A stretch of 64,000 bases of DNA from a virus, in IMG/VR virus record IMGVR_UViG_3300050821_003315. One strand, 5' to 3'. Each line of letters begins with the position of its first letter. The stretch's first letter is position 1. Positions 31,029 through 39,797 of the stretch are shown in pieces. A program made the position numbers and the translations under genes. The notes beneath the pieces are model-generated. The model saw nothing but the letters and a program-made list of their open reading frames with translations, was not told the origin of the DNA and made no database searches.

Positions 31029-31415
31029 CTATTCTTGGGTAAGTGAAAACTTCCTATGATAATGCTCTCTAAGATGTTCCATAGTCGGATGTGAACCTGT
31101 CGCTTCAAGGTGGTGCCTCTTACACACCTTATAATCACCGACTGGATAACTACCGATACGCAAGCATTTATGCGTATGACAGTTAGCTTTCTTAGTGTGC
31201 ACCCAGATGAGCGTGCAAAGCGACGCAAGCATTCCCATAGACCACGGGAAGACACTACCGAAACCCGACCAGTAATTGTAGTCATGAGCTGTGCCGGGTG
31301 AGTTCTGGCTTCCGGTTTCGAAAGCTAGCCAATGCTGCCAGGCAGGGTAGAACTGAATCAGCGCGACTACGACTGCGCCTATGGCGAGTCCTAGTAGTAT
31401 CTGCTTACTCTTCAT
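31029..31415 (-). CDS. membrane protein (possible lysis accessory)
   Basis: two hydrophobic segments; adjacent to endolysin. Confidence 0.55.
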   Translation of the reverse strand: MKSKQILLGLAIGAVVVALIQFYPAWQHWLAFETGSQNSPGTAHDYNYWSGFGSVFPWSMGMLASLCTLIWVHTKKANCHTHKCLRIGSYPVGDYKVCKRHHLEATGSHPTMEHLREHYHRKFSLTQE

Positions 31416-31418
31416 TCA

Positions 31419-31799
31419 CTACCCCGCGAACTTATTCGCTTTTAGTTGGTTACACCGCCTGCAAAGAACCTGAAGGTTAGCGTAAGTGGTCTTGCCGCCC
31501 CAAGAATAAGGCGTGATGTGGTCTAGCTCCAGGCGCACGTCTGGGTGCGACTGTCGGTTGATGCCGCAGTGCTGGCAGGTGAAGTTGTCTCGTTGCAGGA
31601 TGGCGGCACGCAGCTCCTTGGAGACGTAACGTCCACCGCGAGTAGACTTACGCTGCCTGTAGGCAGCACGACGGGCACGGCGTATTGGGCCTCTGTAGAG
31701 ACGCCTCATGGCCTGCTGCTGTCTCAGTCTCTCACTGCGGGCCTGGTAATACCAGTACCCGCCTACCGCCAAAAGGATAAGAATCACGAGAATAGTCAT
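31419..31799 (-). CDS. HNH endonuclease with N-terminal TM anchor
   Basis: ILQRDNFTCQHCG..LELDHITPYSWGG..NLQVLCRRCN; TATACT 7 nt before ATG 31799. Confidence 0.85.
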   Translation of the reverse strand: MTILVILILLAVGGYWYYQARSERLRQQQAMRRLYRGPIRRARRAAYRQRKSTRGGRYVSKELRAAILQRDNFTCQHCGINRQSHPDVRLELDHITPYSWGGKTTYANLQVLCRRCNQLKANKFAG

Positions 31800-31827
31800 G
31801 GCCCTGAGTATAGCACTCAGGGCCATG
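31797..31827. terminator. 13-bp perfect hairpin; probable terminator of the 31839 gene overlapping the next promoter
   Basis: CATGGCCCTGAGT-atagc-ACTCAGGGCCATG. Confidence 0.6.
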
Positions 31828-31838
31828 AAATTATTCCG

Positions 31839-32333
31839 TTAGAACTTGGTCAGGTTGAGGGTCGGGTCATTGACGGCGAGGTGGACATGAGCCGTGCTGT
31901 GGTGAGCGCCGTGCCCGTAAGACGGGCAAGCACCTCCGGTCGTAGTCGTCCAATTCTGAGTCAGGGTCACACTGATGGTGGTATACGCATATCCGCTACC
32001 GTGAATAGCGATAGACACAGGACCGTTCTGACAGTTACCCATGAAACCGTAGTCCCACTGTCCCGTGCCGTTAGCTGTCGTACTGTTAACGCTAGTCCAT
32101 CTGACGTGCGAGACCATACCGTTACCTAGCGGTTGATAACCAAACCGCCCAGTGAACGGGTCTACGTCCTGTAGCTTGAACCACTGAGGGGTATCGTTGA
32201 TATTGCGTTCATGCATCACCGCATAGGACGGCGTATGGGGTGGGACGGTAGCGGCTGCTGCCACACCTGCCCCGAACCCTGCGAAAACGAACACTGCTCC
32301 TAGCGCGATTGTAATTCTGCGTAGTAGAGTCAT
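31839..32333 (-). CDS. secreted protein (paralog of 62316)
   Basis: signal peptide; ATVPPHTPS..QWFKLQ..PSYGHG. Confidence 0.75.
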   Translation of the reverse strand: MTLLRRITIALGAVFVFAGFGAGVAAAATVPPHTPSYAVMHERNINDTPQWFKLQDVDPFTGRFGYQPLGNGMVSHVRWTSVNSTTANGTGQWDYGFMGNCQNGPVSIAIHGSGYAYTTISVTLTQNWTTTTGGACPSYGHGAHHSTAHVHLAVNDPTLNLTKF

Positions 32334-32559
32334 GACTCTCAGTATACCTTCCTTTAGGACCGACAGCACAAATGCTGCCACTCGCCGGAACCCGGAGGGT
32401 AGAACAAATCGTGCGTATCTTCTCCGTCGTCATAGGTCAGGCTTATGCCGCGCCCTTGATGCTGTTGTTGAAGCGCCCATGACGTGGCATAAGCTACGCT
32501 AAGAAATTCGTGACAGTCAGGCGTGCCACCATCTTTCCAGAACGTTATCGCGAATTGCA

Positions 32560-34578
32560 TTAGCGCTTGATTTCACACACATCCGTGGTGCAGTAACGCT
32601 CACCCTCAGCGTCCGGCAGAGACTCATCGTTGTACAAACCTTCCCAGTCAATGGGCATGATGTTGTCTCGCAGGCTCTCCCAGTACTCCAGGCTGCACAT
32701 CTGATACGGCATCTGCGGGTACGTTGCAGTGTCTGCGGGCAGAAAGCTTAGGCTCTTTAGCTGACCATCGAATGCACGCAATACAGCAGGAATCTGGTTC
32801 GACTCGTCAGGCCGGAACGTAGCTGTTACTGACACGGCATTGTCGGACCACCAGCGCTGGCAGCTAGCCGCAAGACTCACCTTTTCCCACACGGAAACAT
32901 CGTTCTGACTACGCATAGGCGGCGTCTGCACAGGCAACGTGATAACAACCGTGCTGTCCGGGTCCATGATAGACGGCTCAACAAGGTAACCTGCGGCCTC
33001 AAAGGCACGCGCAACAGCGCTTCCCTTAGCTTCACGTACTGTGCGGATATAGTAGCCGCTAGCCACAGGCCAGTGAACCCCTGGTGTAACACCGTACAGA
33101 AGCGACACAGTGCCAGACGGCTTAATGGTAGTGACGCGAATAGACTCGCGGACACCTAGCCACTCCGAGTACTGGGCATCGCGCATGCGGATATGCTCAT
33201 AGGCATTGTCTTGCCACATCGTGAGTTCCTGCGTGCCCTGGTGCTCAGCAAATTGTGCCAGCCCGGTCATAGACAGGCCGATACGGCGGTTACGCTGCAT
33301 GACAGCGTTAGTCTCCGGCCAGCGAGTAGGCAGCAGCGTCACGGTCTTACCGTACAGGTACGCGAACTTAAGCGTGCGCTGGTAGTCCAGGTAGTCGCTG
33401 TGGTTAGTGGGGTAAGTCTCCACCAAGGTGCAGCATTCCATATTCTCAAGAGGCTGCTCTGCACACGGATTAATACCAGCTACACGCCAGTCCTTGCCGT
33501 CCTTGCCGTCAGATACACGGCCATAGTCGCGGCACATGTCCAGCCAGATTACTCCCGGCTCACCATTCATGCGGATAGCATCAGCAACGTGACTTAGGTC
33601 ATCTCCGCTGTGGGCGATAACGCTGTTGTTGGAAAGGTGGCCCCATCCATCTGCACCCATGCGCTCAGCGTTAAGCTCCCAGTCCTTTAGCTTCAGGAAA
33701 TCTCTGTCATCAATGTCGCCAAGAGCAATCTGTGCACTGCGCCGTACATTACCACTGACCACCAGCTTGCCGATAACGTTGGCAATGTCCACCACGTCTG
33801 TGCTGGTGAGAACTTGGCCCTGACGACCTGACAACAGCTTTACGATGGTCTCATGCCCTTTACGCAAAGGGTCTGGCCCTGCCGCGATACCACCGAAGCC
33901 CTTGATTGGTGCCCCTGCGGGTCGAATTTGTGAGTAGTCAAAGTTAGGCATCCGAGCACCTGTGAAGAAAGCACGCAGCAAAGCTGCTACAGACTTAACC
34001 CAGCCTTCTCGGCTGTCAGCAATCTGGTGAGGGAAAGGCTGCCCCGGCTCGTGTACTTCTACCTTGCCTGCACCCTTGGTGTCGAAGCCAACTCCTACAC
34101 CCATCATAGACATATCCATGATGCGAACGTAAGGCAGTATTGCGTCACCATTGAACGGTTCCGTACTTACCATGGCGCAGTTCTGGAGTGCGGAGGAATC
34201 ACCCTTGCCGTTGACCAGCTCGGTACCCATCATCCACAAGCCACGACCTGGAGGTGACCACTTGCCTGCGAATGCTCGCATGTAAGCTTCTTCTGCTGAC
34301 TCCTGTGCCTTACGTTCATCCCACGGCAGCCGATACTGAGAGCAGTGGTCCTTCTGAATTGAGTACATGCCGTTGATTACGCGCGCGAGTCCTTCCCAGA
34401 ATCGCTCACGTGTTCCGTCATCCTTGCGCCGCGCGTACTTTGAAATCCACGAGTACTCACCTAGTGAGTTACCTGCGCCTGCCTGAAAACCCCAGTTAGG
34501 CTTCTTGTCCTTGTATTCCTGGAGGAAGTCCCAGCCTAGCTGGAAGGATAGATATTCGGCATTGAACAAGTAAGACAC
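32560..34578 (-). CDS. nrdJ: class II (B12-dependent) ribonucleoside-triphosphate reductase
   Basis: PPGRGLWMMG, ALQNC, GVGVGFD, GNVRRSA, NPCAEQPLE, TTIKPSGTVS, C-terminal YCTTDVC. Confidence 0.95.
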   Translation of the reverse strand: MSYLFNAEYLSFQLGWDFLQEYKDKKPNWGFQAGAGNSLGEYSWISKYARRKDDGTRERFWEGLARVINGMYSIQKDHCSQYRLPWDERKAQESAEEAYMRAFAGKWSPPGRGLWMMGTELVNGKGDSSALQNCAMVSTEPFNGDAILPYVRIMDMSMMGVGVGFDTKGAGKVEVHEPGQPFPHQIADSREGWVKSVAALLRAFFTGARMPNFDYSQIRPAGAPIKGFGGIAAGPDPLRKGHETIVKLLSGRQGQVLTSTDVVDIANVIGKLVVSGNVRRSAQIALGDIDDRDFLKLKDWELNAERMGADGWGHLSNNSVIAHSGDDLSHVADAIRMNGEPGVIWLDMCRDYGRVSDGKDGKDWRVAGINPCAEQPLENMECCTLVETYPTNHSDYLDYQRTLKFAYLYGKTVTLLPTRWPETNAVMQRNRRIGLSMTGLAQFAEHQGTQELTMWQDNAYEHIRMRDAQYSEWLGVRESIRVTTIKPSGTVSLLYGVTPGVHWPVASGYYIRTVREAKGSAVARAFEAAGYLVEPSIMDPDSTVVITLPVQTPPMRSQNDVSVWEKVSLAASCQRWWSDNAVSVTATFRPDESNQIPAVLRAFDGQLKSLSFLPADTATYPQMPYQMCSLEYWESLRDNIMPIDWEGLYNDESLPDAEGERYCTTDVCEIKR

Positions 34579-34654
34579 GGGTCCTCCAGAGGTGGCGATA
34601 CAAGGGGTTGCCTTACTAGGGTAAGGCTTGAAAACCTGGTGAGCGACAGCTCAC

Positions 34655-34933
34655 TTAATGATGGTGAGGACCCCAAGAGCCGTGGTGCTGTCGGTCAGAG
34701 ATGTGGTGGTCCGCTGCCGAGTGATGGGCACACAGGATAGCCTCAAAACCAGCATCACGGGCATCCCTATCCGGCTGCTCAGCCTCCCACGCTGCTTCAA
34801 GGTCAGGCCCTTCCACGTTCTCAACTTCAGTTACAGCACCGGTGGGGTCCGGTGCATCAGCCTTGTCATCAACGTTCGGCGCGTCTTCAGCAGGCACGGT
34901 TACAGGCTTGTAGTCCCATTCATTTTCATTCAT
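34655..34933 (-). CDS. acidic protein with His-rich tail
   Basis: HHSAADHHISDRQHHGSWGPHHH. Confidence 0.55.
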   Translation of the reverse strand: MNENEWDYKPVTVPAEDAPNVDDKADAPDPTGAVTEVENVEGPDLEAAWEAEQPDRDARDAGFEAILCAHHSAADHHISDRQHHGSWGPHHH

Positions 34934-35155
34934 CTACTCAGGTTACCCCGATAAGCTTCCGCAGCCTAGACAGTCCTAGCTCATGCCAAGTCTTCGGCGG
35001 GTCGTAACCCGGTGCGTTTCCCCCACGCTCAAGCTCAGACAACGCATAGCCTATCTCCTTTTCGAGATAGCAAATCCTACACAGCCAAGTACTCCACGGC
35101 ATCATCGTCCTACCACAAGGACACATGACCTCAGGAATTATCTTAGGTGTGATGC

Positions 35156-35572
35156 TCACGGCAATGCTCCTTCCGGAGTGCTCCCCTGACTGATGTAGAT
35201 ATTAGCGTCCTTAGCCCAGTAGAAACCAAACTGTTCTATCGCCGCTACATCAGGTAGTACCCAGTCGAAGCCCCAGCGCAGCGAGAAGACACGTCCAGAC
35301 CATTGCTTGTCGGGGTACTCCGTCAGCTCCATGACCGCTCCTAGCCGCGCTAGCGCCTCGTACAGACGCCTCTGGCCCCGGTCACTTCCCTCGTGCGGGT
35401 GCTTCATCTCCACAAAGCAGACCTTACCGCGACTGTCCAGTACCCCATCGATGTCAGACAATCGACAGCCCCGGTCGTACCGGACTTCCGGATTGTAGCC
35501 GAGCATCAGGTTGCTCAGGTCATGCGTAGGACGCCCGTCCCCCCGCAGGTACTGCGTCATGAACCCCGACAA
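35156..35572 (-). CDS. small PD-(D/E)xK-like nuclease
   Basis: SDIDGVLD..CFVEMK..GQRRL. Confidence 0.65.
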   Translation of the reverse strand: MSGFMTQYLRGDGRPTHDLSNLMLGYNPEVRYDRGCRLSDIDGVLDSRGKVCFVEMKHPHEGSDRGQRRLYEALARLGAVMELTEYPDKQWSGRVFSLRWGFDWVLPDVAAIEQFGFYWAKDANIYISQGSTPEGALP

Positions 35573-35592
35573 ACCGGTCTCCTAAGTCAGAT

Positions 35593-35684
35593 GTAGGCGG
35601 GAGAAGAGCTAGTTCAACTCCCCGGATAACCCGCGTGGCGCGGGTGCGACCCTCGTGGCCGCTGGGAACTCTTCTCCCGCCTGC
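35593..35684 (-). ncRNA. candidate structured RNA (~92 nt) or structured 5' leader
   Basis: 14-bp closing stem 35595-35608/35669-35682 with two internal hairpins; begins at the predicted +1 of promoter 35694-35719. Confidence 0.65.
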
Positions 35685-35693
35685 CCTCGCTAC

Positions 35694-35719
35694 AACGTTG
35701 TCAGGCTACGGCGTATTCC
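35694..35719 (-). promoter_or_regulatory. SigR/SigH-type promoter
   Basis: minus-strand GGAATAcgccgtagcctgacaacGTT. Confidence 0.8.
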
Positions 35720-36269
35720 CCGCCTTTGGCTTGTTTTCGCTGTTCTTAACGATATCGGCAGCTTTTTGAAGGTCGCCTGCTAGGTTGTTGAGGTCCGTGT
35801 AGAACGGACGTAGCACAGCTCGTGCTACTGTAGCATTCTCAGTGACGTCAAACGCATCAGGCGTCACCTTAACCGTGGCCACGTGGTACAGCACTACTGC
35901 CCAAGCTGCCTGAACATACACACTTAGTACCTGATTGCCTTCTAGGTCGACTTCACTCACCCAGACAACTAGATTTCGGCACTCAAACTTAAGCGCCTTC
36001 ATACTAGCGGCTACCTTATCCGCAGCCTTAATAGTGGTGTCTCGGGCTTGTATACGCTTAAGCTTTTCAGTAGCAACACGGGCATCCGTTGGGACATCCT
36101 CGAACTTAATGCCCGTAACATGCGCGAAAGTAGCAACCCTCTTTTCAGGGTCCTTATAAATATCTGCTACTAGACCTGCGCCATTAGTGGCTGTGGTCTT
36201 CCAGTAGTCGCCCTCTGTAGTGAAACCGTTCGGCTCGCTAAACGAAGTATGGATAACTATATTCTTCAC
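35706..36269 (-). CDS. hypothetical protein
   Basis: 187-aa ORF. Confidence 0.65.
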   Translation of the reverse strand: MKNIVIHTSFSEPNGFTTEGDYWKTTATNGAGLVADIYKDPEKRVATFAHVTGIKFEDVPTDARVATEKLKRIQARDTTIKAADKVAASMKALKFECRNLVVWVSEVDLEGNQVLSVYVQAAWAVVLYHVATVKVTPDAFDVTENATVARAVLRPFYTDLNNLAGDLQKAADIVKNSENKPKAGNTP

Positions 36270-36270
36270 G

Positions 36271-36335
36271 TTGTTCTCTCTCCCTTGTGCTCCTCATGAG
36301 CTAGGACCGAGTCTAGCACAAGGGAGAGAGAACAA
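36271..36335 (-). promoter_or_regulatory. 21-bp perfect inverted repeat sequestering the RBS of 35706-36269
   Basis: TTGTTCTCTCTCCCTTGTGCT / AGCACAAGGGAGAGAGAACAA. Confidence 0.7.
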
Positions 36336-36445
36336 GATACCTAATTACTTTTGGCTACCGCCTTGGTCTTCACGAGTGAACTTGTCCGACACCTGCTCCG
36401 ACTCTTGGTTATCAAGCACACTGTCCTCCGTGTAATTCTTCCACT

Positions 36446-36808
36446 TTATAGGTGAACGTTCGCCCCCGGTAGTCCATCATAGCGCTCTTCTTGACTGTCA
36501 GTAACCATGACTATTATCTGTGCTACAGGAATACCGTTAGCAATAGGATACGTAAAGGTGGGGAACTCCACAGAAACGCCTGCTAGCCAGTTGTCACCTC
36601 TAAAATCGCTGGGCGCACCGGAATAAAATTCTGCGGCTTCAGTCATTCCAAGCCACCCATAACCGGCAACTACCGCTGTCACTCTCCAACCTTCAGGAGC
36701 TACTATCGCTCCTCCGACAGTAACGTAAGTGCCGCCCTCTTCACGAGCATACTGCGTGACACCTTCGTCACCAATACAGTAGGTGTAGGTTACAGACTTA
36801 ACAGCCAT
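36446..36808 (-). CDS. hypothetical protein (possible fibre accessory)
   Basis: coupled to the tail fibre gene. Confidence 0.6.
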   Translation of the reverse strand: MAVKSVTYTYCIGDEGVTQYAREEGGTYVTVGGAIVAPEGWRVTAVVAGYGWLGMTEAAEFYSGAPSDFRGDNWLAGVSVEFPTFTYPIANGIPVAQIIVMVTDSQEERYDGLPGANVHL

Positions 36809-39726
36809 TACTGGAAGAACGCAATTATAAGCGCGAAACCGGAACCGCCTACACCACCTGCGCCGGAAGATGTCCCGCCAGAACAGCCGCCACCGCCGCC
36901 GCCACCGCCACCTGTACTCGTAGCCCCGTTAGCGCCGTTCTGAGCTGTAGTAGACGCTCCTGCAACCGCAGCACCACCACCACCACCACCTGTAGTACAG
37001 CCCTGCGCGGATACCGGCCCCGCAGAGGGAAGAGCACCGCTCACTACACCGCCGACACCTACGTTATTAGTGGCGTTAAGTACTACTGAACCTGTACCGC
37101 CGCCACCAAACGGCGTACCAGCCGCGATAACGCCACCGCCCGCGCCGCCACCGCTGGTCACGTTAGATACGCCCGCTCCACCTATCGCAGAACCTGTTAC
37201 AGTAGGGCCACCCGCACTTCCGACAAACATGCCCGCCGTGGGGGCCGCAGCGCCCGCTACAACTGACGTATTCGCTACTGTGCCAGCACCGCCGGCGCTA
37301 CCGCCGTGTGCCCACAAGTAAGAACCGAATGCGCTAGTGCCACCATTACCACCCGCGTTTCCCGGACTTCCTGGCGTAGTTTGTGCGGCTCCGGCAGTCC
37401 CTCCTGCGCCTACAGATACAGTAATGGAACTTGTAAGTTGAGAAGCTTGGAATGTAGCTGTGCTGTACGCACCGCCTGAGCCACCTGAACCACCACCTGC
37501 CGCAGCCGACGCACTTAGCGCACCGCTACCGCCGCCGCCGCCGCCGGCACAAAGTGCTACGTAAACTGTCTGTGCACCTGTAGGTACGGTGTACTGCGTG
37601 TTGCCCGTCGCGGAGATGAAGTTAACCTGAGGTACAGTAACGCCGCCACCGTTAATCCACAGGTTACCTGTGTTAAAGGATGACACATCACCTGAAGCGT
37701 AAGTGTAAAGACCCGTGTTAGGCGCGTAGTTATTATAATTTTGAACCGTTAGGTTAACGTGGCTAAGTGAACCAAAGCAACTAACCCGGTCATTGTTCAT
37801 GGTAAGGCCGTTGAAGTTAACCACACAAGGACGTGTAGCTGTACTGCCCGCTAGGAAAATGGTGCCAGGTTCGTAAGTGGAGCTAACAACAGTGTAGGCT
37901 CCGTTGAAGTTATTGAAATTCCAGGTGCCACCGTTGAGCTGGATAATCTGGTAACTGCCATTCTGCACGTAATTAGAAATGTACTGTACGTCGCTGAACG
38001 TTACCGGAATAGCGGAGAAATTAGACGGAGCGATAAGGAAGTAACCGCTGTTCTGAGACTGAATATTGGAGATGGTGGTTTGAGCACCGGGCTTAATCCA
38101 GAAGTCACAGAAGTTGTTAGCCGGCTGTGCACCGTATAGTGCAATTCCCGACGCGTTAACCTGGTAACCGTAGTAGCAGTTCGCAGCATCGCAACGAGTC
38201 ATTACCTCGTCGTAGATGTTACCGAAGGAACCGTTTCCGACAGCGAATCCGGTTTGCCAGTTACCCGTGTTAGACCATGAACCTGTGGTCTGCTGGCCTG
38301 CGATTACGATATTCTCAAGGTGCGTACCGTCGACCTGACGCGTGCCGATGCCCATCATGCTGAAGCCGTTAGTAAAGTTCAGATTCCGGATTCGGATGTT
38401 CTGGAAACGGTTGCCCGTCGTAGACCGGTGAGAGCCTGTGGTGAATGTGAGGTTAATACCGTTAGTAACCGTCTCTGTGGTGTCACCCTTGACCGTAAAT
38501 CCCTTGTAGAGTCCCGCGTAAGAGCCGTCAATATTCAATACCGCAGTAGTGAAGCCTGTTCCTGACGCTACGATGATTGACTGCTCAGCTCCCGCACCTT
38601 CCATCACGAAGCCCTGCACGGACTGGATAAGAATGTCACTGGAGATTAGGTAGCTTCCGGCAGGCAGGTACATCTTGCCCAGCGCCACCCGAGTGGTCGT
38701 AGACGGAGTGTTATTGCCGCCTAGGATTGCACTAATGCAGTTAGTGAATGCTGTCGTAGAGTCGGTAAGTCCTGTCGGGTCAGCACCATAAGCTACTACG
38801 CTGTAAACCTGCGGGTAACGCTTATCCAGCGCTGATAGCGGCTTGTGAGAAGCCATGGGCCACCACGTGCCACCGAAGCACGTGAACATAACGGACTCGT
38901 TCTGATACAAAAGGCTCAGAGTAGCACTCGAAATACCTCGAATGCTGCCAGACAGAGTAACTGCGTTACCTGTACTGTCGTACTTCTCAGCCGTAATTAT
39001 AGAGCCGCTAGGAGCAGACGTAGGCAGCGTCATGGTAAGGCCACCGCTAGTGGTGTCCACGCTAGTCAACGTGTTCAGCTTAAGTGCGCCCGCTGTGCTT
39101 ACGACAACACCTGTAGTTACAACAGGAAGTGCGGTTGCAGCCGCAACAACAGTCGTCTTATAGTTGGCCTGTAGCGCACTCAGGTTGATGCTGACGATAG
39201 TCGCCGTGCCCGAGCCAGAGCTTGAAGCATTTATTGATGCCGCCCCAGGCGTAGCCGCTAGCTCGAAAGAAGTTCCACTGGACTGCACTACATAATACGT
39301 GGTAGCCGCGCTGAAACCGCCAGGCAAAGAACCGCCCGTAAGCTGAACACCCGTGCCGTTAGGCAGTACAGTTAGCTCAGTGGTAGGTGTCCAAGTGAAC
39401 GCGGCTGGGCTTCCAGAAGCTGTGAAACTTACAGGCCCAGCGGGCACGAAAGCGGCAAAAGGCGACGGTGCGCCTTGTACGCCACTGAAAGACACAGCCC
39501 ATGCCCAGTTAGTAGGCGTTAGTCCTGAGTTATCAGTAGCCAACAAAGAGACGCTGGGCAGAGAACCGCCCGTAAACATAGTAGTAATCGGCGTGCTGCT
39601 CTGAATCTGGTTGCTGGCGTTAGCAACAACAGAAGCAGGCGTGAACGCAATAGTACCGCCGCTTGAGTTAATGCTTCCGTCGCCGTTGTAAAGGTCACAG
39701 ATGACGGTCACGTTATTCGTAGTCAC
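36808..39726 (-). CDS. tail fibre/spike with pectate-lyase-like beta-helix and Gly-rich C-terminal domain
   Basis: SVVAYGADPTGLTDSTTAF..YLPAGSYLIS; GGGGGG-rich tail; S/T/G-rich composition. Confidence 0.8.
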   Translation of the reverse strand: MTTNNVTVICDLYNGDGSINSSGGTIAFTPASVVANASNQIQSSTPITTMFTGGSLPSVSLLATDNSGLTPTNWAWAVSFSGVQGAPSPFAAFVPAGPVSFTASGSPAAFTWTPTTELTVLPNGTGVQLTGGSLPGGFSAATTYYVVQSSGTSFELAATPGAASINASSSGSGTATIVSINLSALQANYKTTVVAAATALPVVTTGVVVSTAGALKLNTLTSVDTTSGGLTMTLPTSAPSGSIITAEKYDSTGNAVTLSGSIRGISSATLSLLYQNESVMFTCFGGTWWPMASHKPLSALDKRYPQVYSVVAYGADPTGLTDSTTAFTNCISAILGGNNTPSTTTRVALGKMYLPAGSYLISSDILIQSVQGFVMEGAGAEQSIIVASGTGFTTAVLNIDGSYAGLYKGFTVKGDTTETVTNGINLTFTTGSHRSTTGNRFQNIRIRNLNFTNGFSMMGIGTRQVDGTHLENIVIAGQQTTGSWSNTGNWQTGFAVGNGSFGNIYDEVMTRCDAANCYYGYQVNASGIALYGAQPANNFCDFWIKPGAQTTISNIQSQNSGYFLIAPSNFSAIPVTFSDVQYISNYVQNGSYQIIQLNGGTWNFNNFNGAYTVVSSTYEPGTIFLAGSTATRPCVVNFNGLTMNNDRVSCFGSLSHVNLTVQNYNNYAPNTGLYTYASGDVSSFNTGNLWINGGGVTVPQVNFISATGNTQYTVPTGAQTVYVALCAGGGGGGSGALSASAAAGGGSGGSGGAYSTATFQASQLTSSITVSVGAGGTAGAAQTTPGSPGNAGGNGGTSAFGSYLWAHGGSAGGAGTVANTSVVAGAAAPTAGMFVGSAGGPTVTGSAIGGAGVSNVTSGGGAGGGVIAAGTPFGGGGTGSVVLNATNNVGVGGVVSGALPSAGPVSAQGCTTGGGGGGAAVAGASTTAQNGANGATSTGGGGGGGGGCSGGTSSGAGGVGGSGFALIIAFFQ

Positions 39727-39744
39727 TTAAGGACCTCCACGTCA

Positions 39745-39785
39745 ATATATACCCCGGAATTCAGCTCCTGAATCCCAGGGTATAT
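39745..39785. terminator. imperfect hairpin between fibre genes
   Basis: ATATACC..ATTCAG-ctc-CTGAAT..GGTATAT. Confidence 0.4.
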
Positions 39786-39797
39786 GATAGAGGTTAT

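Noticed and set aside
34579-34654. Cobalamin riboswitch upstream of nrdJ
   Set aside because: The gap is only 76 nt and no B12-box is recognisable
35593-35684. Y RNA or SRP RNA identity
   Set aside because: No SRP GGAA-loop/CAGG-AGCA motif, no convincing Ro-binding helix and no Ro gene in the window
36840-37560. GCC/ACC-rich tandem repeats as a repeat element
   Set aside because: Explained by Gly-rich coding sequence of the tail fibre
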